Assembly (NCBI RefSeq): GCF_006345805.1
Contig: NC_043000.1
Location: 102,300,001 to 102,364,000, forward strand
Origin: Octopus sinensis
Lineage: Eukaryota
Reading direction: 5' to 3'
DNA length: 64,000 bases
The position numbers were made by a program, and so were the translations under genes. Below are positions 25,568 to 38,044 of the stretch, in pieces. Position 1 is the first letter of the stretch. Each line of letters begins with the position of its first letter. The notes below the pieces were generated by a model, which saw nothing but the letters and a program-made list of their open reading frames with translations, was not told the DNA's origin and did no database searches.

Positions 25568-25828
25568 AATAATAAATAAATGCACCCTTTCAAAGCCTAG
25601 TCAGGCTCATGGGCTCGGTTTCCCGGTTTCTATGATGTATGTGTTCCCCAGCTGGACGGGACGCCAGTCCATCGCAGCGTTACTCATTATTGTCAGTTAA
25701 GTGGACTGGAGCAACGTGAAATGAAGTGATTTGCTCAAGAACACAACGCATCGCCTGATCCAGGAATCGAAACCACAGTCTTACGATCATGATGCTGACA
25801 CCCTAACCACTAAGCTACATGCCTCCAC
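25568..25828 (-). mobile_element. SINE family A with 13-bp TSD
   Basis: TSD tatggctatgtat (25555-25567, 25829-25841); V-like 'gcgatggactggcgtcccgtccag' on minus; A-rich tail. Confidence 0.85.
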
Positions 25829-26059
25829 TATGGCTATGTATGTTTTTGTGCGTAAGTGTGTGTTTGTATGCCTGTTTATGTATGTGTGTGGTTGTACAAG
25901 TGAACCTCTTTCTATGTTTGTCGTGTTTAGTGTGTGGCGCACACTGTCTGTGTCTTTATGTGTATGTGTGTGAGTGCTTGTCTTTTGCATGTATCTTTTG
26001 AGTGGTTGTTGTTTAACCTCAGGTCTGCTCTATTTGTTCTGGACAATAATAAACGACTT

Positions 26060-26502
26060 GGATCTTTTCGGTTTGAACGGCAGTTTTTTTCTAGCGGTGT
26101 CATATGAAATTGTCACCCATAATTATGACCCTAGAATCGATCTGTTGCATTTCAATCTGTTTTAGGGTTAGGGTTAGTTAGGGTTAATTAGGGGTAGGGG
26201 TAGGGGTGGGGGAAGGGTATCTTTTTTTCTTCACAAATGTAAATAAACCCAATCTGTTTCTTAGACGAGGGACATATTCATACGACACAGAATGCTTTTC
26301 AACTCAATAGACGTCACTGATTGGTTGAAATTGCAGAAATTGAAGAAAAAAAACAACAAATATCTTACAAACTATAGAATTTTCTCAATAAAGCAAAGAG
26401 AAAAAGATGTTTTATAAACACATTCTACCATTATACGAAGTTTAAAATTTTTTAATTACCTAGAATTTATGTTAAAAACTGTCGTTCAAACCGAAAAGAT
26501 CC
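26060..26502. mobile_element. 443-bp MITE, GG-terminal 29-bp TIRs, 8-bp TSD, internal TTAGGG tract
   Basis: TIR ggatcttttcggtttgaacg(g/a)cagttttt, 1 mismatch; TSD aacgactt (26052-26059, 26503-26510). Confidence 0.9.
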
Positions 26503-27384
26503 AACGACTTTCCAGCTGTGACCCTCTCATGTTATTAAACTATAATAACTCTACTTTGTTTTAAACGATCGGGTATAATTTCAGGAAGATATTCGACTGC
26601 TATTTCTAGTAAATCGAATGACCACTCAGAGTCCTCTCTATTTGGCTCGGCTGTCAGCGTGGTTACCTGTACGTGTGTGTTCAAGCGTTTGTTATTGTCC
26701 GATATGAAATTTTCTTTATCAGCTTCGGTTTTCTGACGTTCTCTTAAGAAACTATGAAACATGTCAAGACACTCGCGTCAACACAACAAAAGAATAAAAG
26801 AGATTCCCCCCCACCACCTCTCTCTCTCTAAATCAAGACCGTAAATCACATCTCTGCTCACCGATAATACAGCCTGCCACTAATTTACAGAACTTTCTAA
26901 ACTTAGAAGTACTACAAAAGGGATGTTGTTGTTGTTGTTGTTACTTCTGTTGCTAACTTTAACATAGATACTCTTCTGTTGTTTCAGAAGAGATATGGAT
27001 AGCTATTTCTATATAAACAATATCGAGATGTTAAGTTTAGCTTTGACAAAAGCGAATGCGGTTGTTGTTGGTATTGTTGTTTAACCCCAGACCAGACCAG
27101 TCATGATCGAGCAGGTATATAATCAAAAACGTTCCAGCTGTGATCGTTCCACTTTATTTTTAATATATACTAGCAGTATCGCCCGGCGTTGATATGGCTT
27201 GTTTCGACCCTTTAAAAATGGAATTTTTGAAAAGTAAAAATTTTGCATTAGGTAGCTTTTTATTCTCTTTAAGTGAACAGTTTTCTGGTTGAAATACGCC
27301 GAAAAATGGTGACACAGCAGTCAAAAAATTATAAAAAATATTGATTTTCATAGAAAAAAAGCACCTTTTTGATGCAAATAATTT

Positions 27385-28473
27385 TTGAGTGATGCTGTTG
27401 ACATCGTTTTATTGGACTTTGCCAAAGCTTTTGACTCGGTAAACCACCGCCTATTACTTGTCAAGCTTCAAGCATATAGTTTCCATCCGGATATTGTACG
27501 ATGGGTTGGTGCCTTCCTCTCAGATCGCTCCTTCCAAGTCCAAGTTAATGGTTCGCGGTCCGACGTCTCCAGTGCGAGCAGTGGCGTGCCTCAAGGTTCA
27601 GTGCTTGGGCTCTTATTGTTCTTAGTCTTCATAAATGACTTGCCCGACGACCTCACACAACACACCCTTCTATTTGCGGACGATGTCAAACTGGTCGCTC
27701 CTCGCGGTGATATAGAGGATCTTCGTCGATGCCTCCACCAAATTTGGAGGTGGTCTAACGAATGGGACCTGTGTCTGAACGTGTCAAAGTGCTGTCATCT
27801 GCCTGTTGGCTCTCCTCCTGCAACTCAACTTGATTTCGAGCCGGGTCGTCTGCTGCTGGAGAGGACCGATCAGGTAAAGGACCTGGGTATCTTGGTGGAA
27901 TCCTCCTTTTCGCCTTCGGCCCAGTGCGTCCATGCTGCAAACAAAGCACGCGGAATTCTGTTCTTGATTCGACGGTCATTCGGAATGCTCACAGCAGCCA
28001 TATTCCTACCACTCTATGTTACGCTGGTGAGACCCATATTGGAGTACGGGATTCAAACCTCTTCTCCTTATCTCCTCAAAGACATACAGCATCTCGAAAG
28101 AGTCCAGAAGCTGGCTACCCGCATGGTTCATGGTCTCAAAAATTTGTCTTATGAAGAAAGGCTGAGGACGCTCGACCTTTATTCTCTAGAAAAACGCCGC
28201 CGCCGTGGTGATCTCATTCTCGTTCACAACATCATAAGCGGAAAGTGTAACCTCTCGAAAGAGCTGTTCTTCACTCCTGCTCCAGAGCGTTGGCTGCGGG
28301 GTCATTCCGAAAAGCTCTACCTGCGACGATTTCATCTCAATCGAAGGAGAGGAGCTTTCTCCGTCCGGGTTGCGGATCCGTGGAACAAGCTGCCAGACGA
28401 GATGGTGAAGATGCCGACGACCGCTTTGTTCAAAGTCTCCCTTGACCTCAAGTGGCCTGAACTCTTTACATGA
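27385..28473 (+). CDS. Reverse transcriptase (C-terminal half of ORF2) of a 5'-truncated CR1/L2-group LINE
   Basis: Uninterrupted 362 aa: LDFAKAFDSV, SGVPQGSVLG, LFADDVKL, KDLGI, LVRPILEY, LERVQKLATR, LEKRRRRGDLI, WNKLP. The start is a TTG at the insertion junction, not a real initiation site. Confidence 0.92.
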   Translation: MSDAVDIVLLDFAKAFDSVNHRLLLVKLQAYSFHPDIVRWVGAFLSDRSFQVQVNGSRSDVSSASSGVPQGSVLGLLLFLVFINDLPDDLTQHTLLFADDVKLVAPRGDIEDLRRCLHQIWRWSNEWDLCLNVSKCCHLPVGSPPATQLDFEPGRLLLERTDQVKDLGILVESSFSPSAQCVHAANKARGILFLIRRSFGMLTAAIFLPLYVTLVRPILEYGIQTSSPYLLKDIQHLERVQKLATRMVHGLKNLSYEERLRTLDLYSLEKRRRRGDLILVHNIISGKCNLSKELFFTPAPERWLRGHSEKLYLRRFHLNRRRGAFSVRVADPWNKLPDEMVKMPTTALFKVSLDLKWPELFT

Positions 28474-28562
28474 ACACCACCCTGTACTTAACTCCATGTC
28501 CCCCTACATGGCCTTGCTATTTGCTTTTGAGCCAAAATTAACTAACTAACTAACTAACTAAC
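27388..28562 (+). mobile_element. 5'-truncated CR1/L2-group LINE with 3' stem-loop and (TAAC)n tail
   Basis: RT ORF; short 3' UTR with hairpin ccatgt-ccccct-acatgg (28494-28511); (TAAC)6 tail at 28539-28562. Confidence 0.9.
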
Positions 28563-28944
28563 ATGGTCCGATTTGAATTTTTTTCTTATACGGAAGGAAC
28601 AGCAAGCCTTCTTCTATCATACTCTCAATTTTGGTCAACTTGCGCCGCAGGGTCTTGGAGGAGATAGTGTTAGTTGAAGGCTACCAAACCTGCCATACAC
28701 AGACAACTTCAGCTTTATATAGAGAGAGATTACGGGTTACATTATTTAATGTATTCTTCCAATTGACTTGAAGAAGAATTGGTTGCCAATTCCAATCACA
28801 AATTCCAACAAACTGTCACATTGAATCACTAAATCTCTGAAAATGCTAAAAACCACGGTAGATTTTTTTTTTCTTTTTGAGCCATTTTTTCCTATTTTTT
28901 GTAATTTTCTACACATTTTGTAATTTTCTTCTATTATACCATCG

Positions 28945-29225
28945 AGCTGACCATTGCCTTGTGAATGAATTCGGGAGACGAAAACTGTGTGGAAGCCCGT
29001 CGTATGTATATTTATGCGTGTCTGCCTTTGTGTCTGTGTTTATCCCTCGCCTACCGCTTGAGAACAGGTGTTGGTTTGTTCACATCCCTGTAAACTAGAA
29101 TGTCGTCAAAAGAAACTGATAGAATAAGCACCAGACTGGGTTCGATTTGTTCGCCTTAAAGCCCTTCAAAGCGGTGCCTCAGTGTGGTTTCAGTCCAATG
29201 ACTAAACAAGTAAAAATAAAAGATA
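28945..29225 (+). mobile_element. SINE family C fragment
   Basis: gccttgtgaatgaattcgggagacgaaaactgtgtggaagcccgtcgta..gatagaataagcacc..cagtccaatgactaaacaagtaaaa. Confidence 0.7.
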
Positions 29226-30019
29226 CAAGCTAATTTTTTCTTCATTCCAGTTACGAAAATCTCGACCATTTTTTTTTTTTTTAAGAAATCACTCCTAAAA
29301 AAAAGCTTACGATAACACACACAGTGTTGTCACCTTATGGGAGTCGGTCAAACAGAAAGGATCCGTTCCTTTTTGTGAATTTCGAAATATTAAAAATATC
29401 AAGAACCATGACATTCATGTGTGCGAAGTAACCTCCCGAACGGAGTAGATACATAAATATACATGGAGAACTGAATCGCTAGTAATCATGTTATTATTCA
29501 CAGCTAACCTGAATAATCTTCGGGTTAAGTGGATAAAAATTATCAAGTTCGATTTACAGCAAATATACATAAACACAAGTTTTCACGCAAGTTTTCGATC
29601 ATAAAATTCCGTGAGAAAAAAAATATGGATTGATCCTAAACTAAAGTTGAAGAAACTTGCTCAAGATGCGGTGCTAAGTGATGGAACCCAAACTAACATC
29701 ATTGTAAAGCGACATTTCTAACATCACAGCTATATTTGCACCTAAGTATATCGAAATACATTTTCTTTGAATTGTTAATAGACTTTTATAAATAAATCTT
29801 TATAATTAAAATAAGAAGTCGGTATTCATATATGAAGAAAATAGAACAGAGATAACTAATTTCGATTTTGAAATTACTTGTTATTGATAATGTTATTGTT
29901 TCATCAGAGCAGAATCGGTAAAGTCTCTGTCAAGTTGAAACTATCTATTTAAAATGCTTTTTATTCCGACCTGAAATCCTGCCAGAATTTTTTGGTATTT
30001 CTTCTTTCATTTACATTTT

Positions 30020-30720
30020 CAGAATCATTAGAGCGTCTTACAAAATGCCCTGCGGTATTTGTACCAGCTTTTTACTTCTAAGTCCAGATCCCGCCGAAGT
30101 TAGCTTTGCCTTTCATCTCTTCGGAGTCGATGGAATAAGCACCAGTGAAACACTGAGGTCGATGTAATCAACTAGTCCTCTCCCCAAAAATTTCAGGCCT
30201 TGTACCTTCAGGAAAAAGGATCATTATTATTATTATTATTATTATTATTACAAAGGAAGTATGTTGACAGAAAAGTTAAAGCATTGCATAAAATGGTTAG
30301 CGATTCTTACAGTTAGTTCTCTATGTTCTGAGTTTAAATCTCAACGACGTCAACTTTACCTTTCTTCTTCCAGCGGTAGATAAAAATTGTACCAGTGAAG
30401 TACTGGTGTCGATTTAATCAACTACACACCCACCCCCCAAATACGAGGCCCAATACTTATGTTACGAATAATTCAAGGCGATGTATTGTAAGAATTGTTA
30501 GAGCGTTGCATACCGTGGTCAACGTTACCTTTCATCTACCCAGAATCAAAACAAGTAAAGCACCAGACAAGTACTGGGATCACTACAATTGATTACTTAT
30601 GGTTCCGTGCCTATGTTGGAACCTGATATTTATGACTGTCAAGTGGTGAATGATAGAATAAATAAAACATCGGGTAGAAGGCCGAGTCCGGAACTCTTCG
30701 TAGCCTTTCGTGCTATTTCA
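30020..30720 (+). mobile_element. Stack of old SINE family B copies
   Basis: Repeated degenerate 'ctttgcctttcatc..aagcaccag..aaatttcaggcc' blocks. Confidence 0.6.
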
Positions 30721-30771
30721 GGCAACAAATTAAACTACCAAGCAAGTACTAAAGGTAATATCGTCAAACTG

Positions 30772-31169
30772 AAGGCGGCGAGCTGGCAGAAACGTTAGCA
30801 CGCCGGGCGAAATGCATAGCCGTATTTCGTCTGCCGTTACATTCTGAGTTCAAATTCCGCCGAGGTCGACTTTGCCTTTCATCCTTTCGGGGTCGATTAA
30901 ATAAGTACCAGTTACGCACTGGGGTCGATATAATCGACTTAATCCGTTCGTCTATCCTTGTTTGTCCTTTCTGTGTTTAGCACCTTGGTGGTAGTAAAGA
31001 AACAGATATTTCGTCTGCCGCTACGTTCTGAGTTCAAATTATGTCGAAGTCGAATTATGTCGAGGCCTTTCATTCACTCAGAGTCGATAAATTAAGTACC
31101 AGTTGCGTACTGAGGTCGATCTAATCGACTGGCCCCAAAATTTCGGGCGTTGTGCCCAGAGAAGAAAAG
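30772..31169 (+). mobile_element. Dimeric SINE family B with 15-bp TSD
   Basis: TSD aatatcgtcaaactg (30757-30771, 31170-31184) encloses both monomers. Confidence 0.88.
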
Positions 31170-32094
31170 AATATCGTCAAACTGTTTCCTAACCTCAAAT
31201 TATGTGGCTTTGTATAAAATTTATTACAGTATTAAAATGGTGGGCAAAGAATCAGTAGAACTCTTGATACAATATCTTGATGTATTTAGTTCAAATTACT
31301 TTTGTTTCACATTCTTACAGTGTGAAAAAAAAATTTCCAATCATAGCCTAGATTCAGTTTAATCGACAAAAAGCTTTTTTCCGAATGTATACACTTATAC
31401 CAACGTTAGAAATAATTTTATTTGTAATATTTAGATAAATCCTTCAGGGATCGATTAAATAAAGTGCCAATCAAATACTGGAATAGTTTTGATTTTAAAA
31501 AACGTGTGGCCTCAAGCCAATTAGAAAAATAATTATGAGGCGAGTTTTGTAAGCTTTGTGTAAGAAATCAATATTATCAAAAAATGTCAAACACAAAAAA
31601 AAAGGAATTATTATGACACTTCTGATAAAGCCTAAGATCCTTCATCGTCATCATCATCATCATCACCATTATCTTTATCATCATCAACAACAACAAAAAC
31701 AACTACGACAACATCAATGTCACTCTTATCATCACAAACGCCTTCAAGTGATGTATAAAAATAATCATTTGTATCATTGGTTTCTGAAGCACTGTTTATT
31801 TTTACAGTGATGGATTGCTGGCCCAATGCCCACCCAACACTCAACATCCAACAACCAACCCACCTTTTTTAGCAAAATAAGCCTTCGTATATTGCAAAAT
31901 TGGAATTCGACACTTTAAATTTATGAAATACTCGTACACTTTGCGGTGGGCTACTGGTAGATGTGAACCTGATATTTTGGATAAATGTCTTCGTTACGGA
32001 CTCGGGAGAATGATATTAGTAGAACATGACTCGGTGGCCTTAATCCGTTGCTAGGAGTACAGCTTTTTTTAGTAGACGTTGTTATTGTTGTCCC

Positions 32095-32296
32095 TCTTCT
32101 TCTTCTTCTTCTTCTTCTTCTTCTTCTTCTTCTTCTTCTTCTTCTTCTTTCTTCTTCTTCTTCTTCTTCTTCTTCTTCTTCTTCTTCTTCTTCTTCTCCC
32201 AGATCAACTCTGATCTAGTAGCTCTAGTTTGTCTTTCTTCATTCCGAAGTCAATAAAACTCGTCGTCGTCGTCATAGTAGTAGTAGTAGTAGTAGC

Positions 32297-32334
<38 letters not shown>

Positions 32335-32356
32335 CAGTAGTAGTAGTAGTAGTAGA
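32095..32356. repeat. (TTC)n and (TAG)n microsatellites
   Basis: Directly visible. Confidence 0.95.
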
Positions 32357-32694
32357 TAAAAATAAGTGTAAATGTTGATTGCATGACCAATATCGTTGAA
32401 GATGGTGCACCAGTGTGGCCCTAACCCAATGACTAAGGCTAGAGAAAGAGTAAATGAATATTGGATAAAATAGTTTGAGTAAATTATGCCTAAAAAGACG
32501 TGGAGGGTCATGGCTAGAATGCCTTTGATCATAGCTCTATTTAATAAAGACTGGCCTGGTGGGATGACGCAAAAGACAATAACAACAGTAACAAACCTCA
32601 CTCAATGTCTGGTCTGTTGATACACTAGAAATCATAGCTAAATGTACCATGTCACAGTATAGTGTCTTTACAAAGAAGGGACATATTGAATACC

Positions 32695-32861
32695 TTTTAT
32701 CTGTTACTAAATCCACTCTTTGGACTGCGGCCATGCTGGGGCATCACTTTGAAGATTTTAGTCGAACGACTATGACGAACTGCAAAGTTACGGAAACGTA
32801 AGCAAAGTAACACCGGTTGGCGGGGGACATACAACATAGGTAAATACACACATAATACTCT

Positions 32862-32940
<79 letters not shown>

Positions 32941-33240
32941 GAAAGTGATATTTCGAACGCAGTATCGCCATTAGTACAATAGGAAAACAGCCATGGCTGT
33001 TTGTTGGCAAACTTTTCTGCCTTGTAAGTGCAATAATACCCAATTTTTCTCCTGTTCTAGCAGTGATACTGCGTTCGAAATCACTTTCTTGTCTCGTGTG
33101 TGTATACACACACACACACGCACGACGGGTTCCTTTCACTTTCTGTCTCGGGGAAGACATTTGCCCATGGTGCCACGCAGAGGAATTGAACCTGGAGCCA
33201 TATGGTTGGGAAGCATGTTTCTTACCAAACAGTCACGCCT
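32695..33240 (-). mobile_element. SINE family C with a MITE inserted in its (CA)n tract
   Basis: Minus-strand head 'gtgactgtttggtaagaaacatgcttcccaaccatatgg' and tail 'ccagcatggccgcagtccaaa'. Confidence 0.75.
32938..33091. mobile_element. ~154-bp fold-back MITE
   Basis: caagaaagtgat(at)ttcgaacgcagtatc vs gatactgcgttcgaaatcactttcttg; complementarity extends imperfectly to ~48 bp. Confidence 0.8.
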
Positions 33241-33644
33241 TTTGTCGTAAAAGCAGCAGTTCGGTATAGTTAAATTAATGGATTTATTGAAACAGAAAAT
33301 ACTGGTAATTTTATTAATGAACAGAAAGCTTCGTGAATATTCATGATACAAAATGATTTTCCCAACCATATTTCTTCCTTTCTTTCTTTTAGTAATTCAA
33401 CGAAGAATATATTATCATTCATTATTGATTACGATTTCAATTAAATATTTATGGCATGTTACTTACAGTTCACACTACCTTCACAACAACACGGGTGTTA
33501 ATTTTTCGAAACGATTCTTCTTCGTTAAAAGTTGTTAAATCTTTAAAACTAGAGCTGTTGCATGTTTTCGAACAATTCTTTTGAAATTCGATTAAAATTC
33601 ATTTACACAAGATATCGAGTTCTTGATATACACTCTGCACTGTC

Positions 33645-34458
33645 TTTCATTTACTTGTTTCAGTCATTGTACTGCGACCATGCTGGGACACCACCATGAT
33701 AGGTTTAGTCGAAAAAATTTACCCTAGTACTTATTTTTAGATCTCTGGTACTTATGGTACTTATTCTATCAGTCTCTTTTGCAGAAACTGTTAAATTACA
33801 AGGACGTAAACAAGTCAACACCGGTCGTCAAGCGGTGAGTAGCTTACACAGACAAAAACACACGAAGACACACATATACATACATACACACAGACATATA
33901 TATACGATAGGCTTCCGCACCGTTTCCCTCTATCGGATTCACTCACAATGGTTTGGTGCTATAGAAGAAGACACTTACCTAAGGTGCCATGCAGTAGAAC
34001 TGAACCCGAAACTATATGGTTACAAACCGAGCTTCTTAAGGACAATATGGTCATGGCTAGAATCTTTTTGAGCACTGAAGGATTACACGGGGTGAGGGAA
34101 CAGTAATAACACCTGCTAGAAATTGCAGCTAGATCTTCCACGGTTTATAATTCTTTTGCTTTCAAGGTCAAAAACACAGAATACATTCGATAATCTAATC
34201 CTTTTATTTTGGGGGTCTGTTATTTGTTTCAGTCATTAGACACTGGCCATGGTGGGGAAACCCTTTGAGGAGTTCAGTCTAACAAATCGAACCCAGTACA
34301 TATATATTTTTTCCTGACCTTGTACTTATTCTAACGGTCTCATATTACCGAACAGCAAAGTTACGGAAACGTAAATAAACCAATCACGATTATCAAGCGG
34401 AGGTGGAGGACAAACACAAACACAAAGACACACACTAATACAAACTCATCACACACAC

Positions 34459-34492
<34 letters not shown>

Positions 34493-34820
34493 CTAACTGA
34501 CGCGTGGTACACCGTGCCCCTGTTCAGACAATGTCGATTTGATGGAGAGAGTGGACTAGCGTGCAACACGAAGATATGTTCACTATAAACAAACAAATCA
34601 GTTGTGCAGGTCGTTCAGCAAAACGCTGAACGCTCAAACGTGGTCTTCGACGGCAGAGTCCATTATATATATATATATACGACGAGCTTCTTTCAGTTTC
34701 TGTCTACCAAATCCACTCTTCTGGGGATATGATAGAAGACACTTAAAATGTCATGGAATGGGACTGAACCCTGAACCACGTGGTTGGGAAGAAATCTTAA
34801 CACGCAACCACGCACGCACC
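33645..34820 (-). mobile_element. Two SINE family C copies
   Basis: Two 'ttgtttcagtcatt..ccatg(c/g)tggg..gtacttattcta..' units, at 33645-34045 and 34215-34820. Confidence 0.7.
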
Positions 34821-35821
34821 TTGAAAATAATATGGAAGGCAAAGTATATCGATTATAGGAGCTGACTGTGCATCTGCACAGTTAATTGTAGGATTGGATA
34901 CGATTTGTTAAGGAAGATTCGCTTTCGCATTTGCTTGCAAAGCTCCTTTCTCCATGTCAACGATATTTATTGAAGAGAGTAAGGCTACCGATTTGAACCA
35001 AAACAGCTTGGCACCAGTGTCACCGCAGACGTTCTTCAGAACAAAGAGAGCCAAATCAAACACCATAAGGTATCTAGACCTACCCTCTACCAATTTCATT
35101 AATTTACACCCTGGATTGGTACAATTTTATCGAGCCCCAAAGAGATGAAAAGCAAAGCTAACTTCGGCGAGGTACGAACTCAGAATTCAAAGAGTCCGGG
35201 TTCACAAAGAATTCTGTCCACCGTTCTAATGATTCTGTCAGTTTGCCATTTAAAAGATCGATTATGGTGAACGATTTCAACCCAGAGTGATTATAGATGT
35301 TATTTGCTCCATATGAAAATAGTTAACTTTCAATATATCTTCATTGAGTTACATCATAGTCGGTGTCCTTTGTGCTTTGTTTTGTTGTGTGCGGAGGGGG
35401 TTTGCTTTGTGTTTGCTTCTTTTGTTTGTTTATTTAAACAGTGCTTAACAGATAACTTCTAGTTTCAATGCATATAGAAATAATAATACTCAACGATTCA
35501 ATACTGGAAAGCAACAACGATGAAAGATGGCGAGGAGGTCGACGACGACTACGATGACGACAACGATGATGACGTCGACGACCATGACAAAGGCAACTTC
35601 GACCATGATGATGACGACGATAATGATGACGGTAGTGGTGGTGGTTTTTGTGGTAGTTTTGGTGGTGGTTTTGGGCGGTGGTTTATCATGAAAATTCCGC
35701 CAACTACTGTAAATAAATGAGGAAAGAGAAAAAGCAGATTTGAAATGATGCAGAGAGAATGGCGCGGGTGAAGAAGTTAAAGTGAGGAAGAGAGAGAAAG
35801 AGAGGGTAGCCAAGTGTAGAG

Positions 35822-35857
<36 letters not shown>

Positions 35858-36087
35858 AGAAAATGAAAGCAAGAGACGAGTACAGCAAATAGAGAGAGTG
35901 AGAGAGATGGGGAGAGAGGCGCGGAGAGAGAATGTAATATGCAATTAAGTAGAAAACTGATAAAAATTTCATTTATATATAAAAAATATCCTTATAAATG
36001 TTCAATTAAATATTTTATCAAGTTAAGTGTTTATTCACTTTTGTTGACAGGCATCTTTAATAAAACACATACACACAACACACACAC

Positions 36088-36105
36088 ATGTACACGCACA
36101 CATGC

Positions 36106-36150
<45 letters not shown>

Positions 36151-36283
36151 ATTATATTATATATATATATATATATATATATGCGTATGTGTATGTGTTT
36201 GTGTGCATATATACATACATATATATATATATGTATATATATCCGTATATATATATGTATATATATATATGTATTTATATATA

Positions 36284-36330
<47 letters not shown>

Positions 36331-36361
36331 ATATATATATATATATGTATGTATATATGTG

Positions 36362-36420
<59 letters not shown>
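36088..36420. repeat. (TA)n-rich microsatellite
   Basis: Directly visible. Confidence 0.95.
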
Positions 36421-36422
<2 letters not shown>

Positions 36423-38044
36423 AACCCACAAAGTCTCCCTCTCACACATACACACAAACATACATGTAATCGCACAATACATAATATGTTACTATGCAAC
36501 TACTTTATCTAAACCCGGATCCTGATCTTTCGAGAAGAATAAACCAAAAACAAAAAAACGCATTCTTGTTTATATTTGATGTTGTTTTAAAGCTGTTGAA
36601 AACATAAACGGAATATTGGTGGCAAAGAAATCAATTTGGTTTACGGCGTGTGACGAACTGAGTTTAGTTATATTATCGCAGGACACAATTACATGTATAC
36701 ACACACACACACGTGCGTACACTCCTACACACTCACACACACGGTCGTGGGTATGTGAGTGAGTGTGTATGCATATATATGTGTATTATCGCGTAAAGTC
36801 ATGTTTAACACGTTCGATTGTAATCGGCCGTGATGAGACCTATCGCTGCAAGACCATAATCAGGAGAAATTCTAAACCTTGTCTAAGCAAACATTTTGTT
36901 ATGAGCTGCAGGTGACGTTTAGGCGTCGTTCCGTTTGATTAACCACAAAAGCAAACACGATCGCCACACACTCTTATAAGTATGAAGTTAGACTTACGAA
37001 AACAGCAGGCAAATTGTCGGCTGCTGTGCAAATGGCTATGTCTGGCCGGAATTAAATAATTAATGTCGCACGATAAAAATGTTATCGTGTAAAGTCATGT
37101 TTAACACGTTTGATTGTAATCAGCTGCCATAAGACCAATCAGCCGTGATAAGACCCACCGAAGTAGTCCCAGGAGAAATTCCACACTTAGACATGTGTAA
37201 GAACGCATTTTTATTTGGGCACCTCTAAAGTACATTTACGTGCGCGTGCTTGTGTGTGTGCGTGCATATATATATTTATATATATATATGTATATATATA
37301 TATATTGCCAGCAGGGGAGCGAACAACTACTACCTTACAGCTACGTACGCACACACATAGGAGTGAAGGATCCTTAGTATTTGTTATTACATCAATTACA
37401 CCTTTCTTGGAAAAGGATAACTCTGATATAACAACTGTGACTTCGTATTCAGTGATGTAGACCACTTTTTGTAGGGAGGCCGCCTGTGTTATATATGAAG
37501 AAAATTTGTTGGCTATTTCTAACAGGTCGTGCGACGACGTAGCGGCTTCGTCACTGAGTTTCTACTTTATTCTTTATGTCGTTATGTCAATGAAATAAAA
37601 TACCTGTGATATTCTGTGTAACCAAATTAATCAACTTCAGCCCGTACTTCTCACTAACAAAGATTGGTTTTAAGCAAACTTCAGAGAAAGCATGACTTTT
37701 TTGTTACCTTTTGAGCCCGTGCGGTTGATCAAAAAGTAAGATTAAAGCAAGTTTAAAAAAGCATTATGGTTTCACCACCCGGCTGGAATCATATCGCTTC
37801 ACTGGCGCCGCTGAAGCTCTTCAGAAAAAAATCTTGAATGTTCTAAAATACCTCTTTTTTCGTTTTTACAAAAGGCATTCCAGAATTTTCAAGACTATTT
37901 TAGGAGAAACATTTCTTGGTTTCAAAGAAGTACAAAACTCTAATCTCCTTCAAAGTAGGATCCTTTCACCTCAGAGCATTTGTTGTAACACCCTAGCCCC
38001 TTCTTAAAGGCTCCATAGAAGTCCTCTGCTAATCACTAATCCGT

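Larger units (their letters stand above)
27170..28729 (-). mobile_element. Non-autonomous Helitron interrupted by a LINE
   Basis: Minus strand: 5' A|TC at 28729 and 3' CTAG|T at 27170, with GC-rich 'cgcccggcgttg' next to the 3' end; host sequence resumes at ~28563 after the LINE tail. Confidence 0.7.

Noticed and set aside
26162-26217. TTAGGG repeats as a telomere or chromosome-fusion scar
   Set aside because: Only a few units, internal to a TIR- and TSD-bounded MITE.
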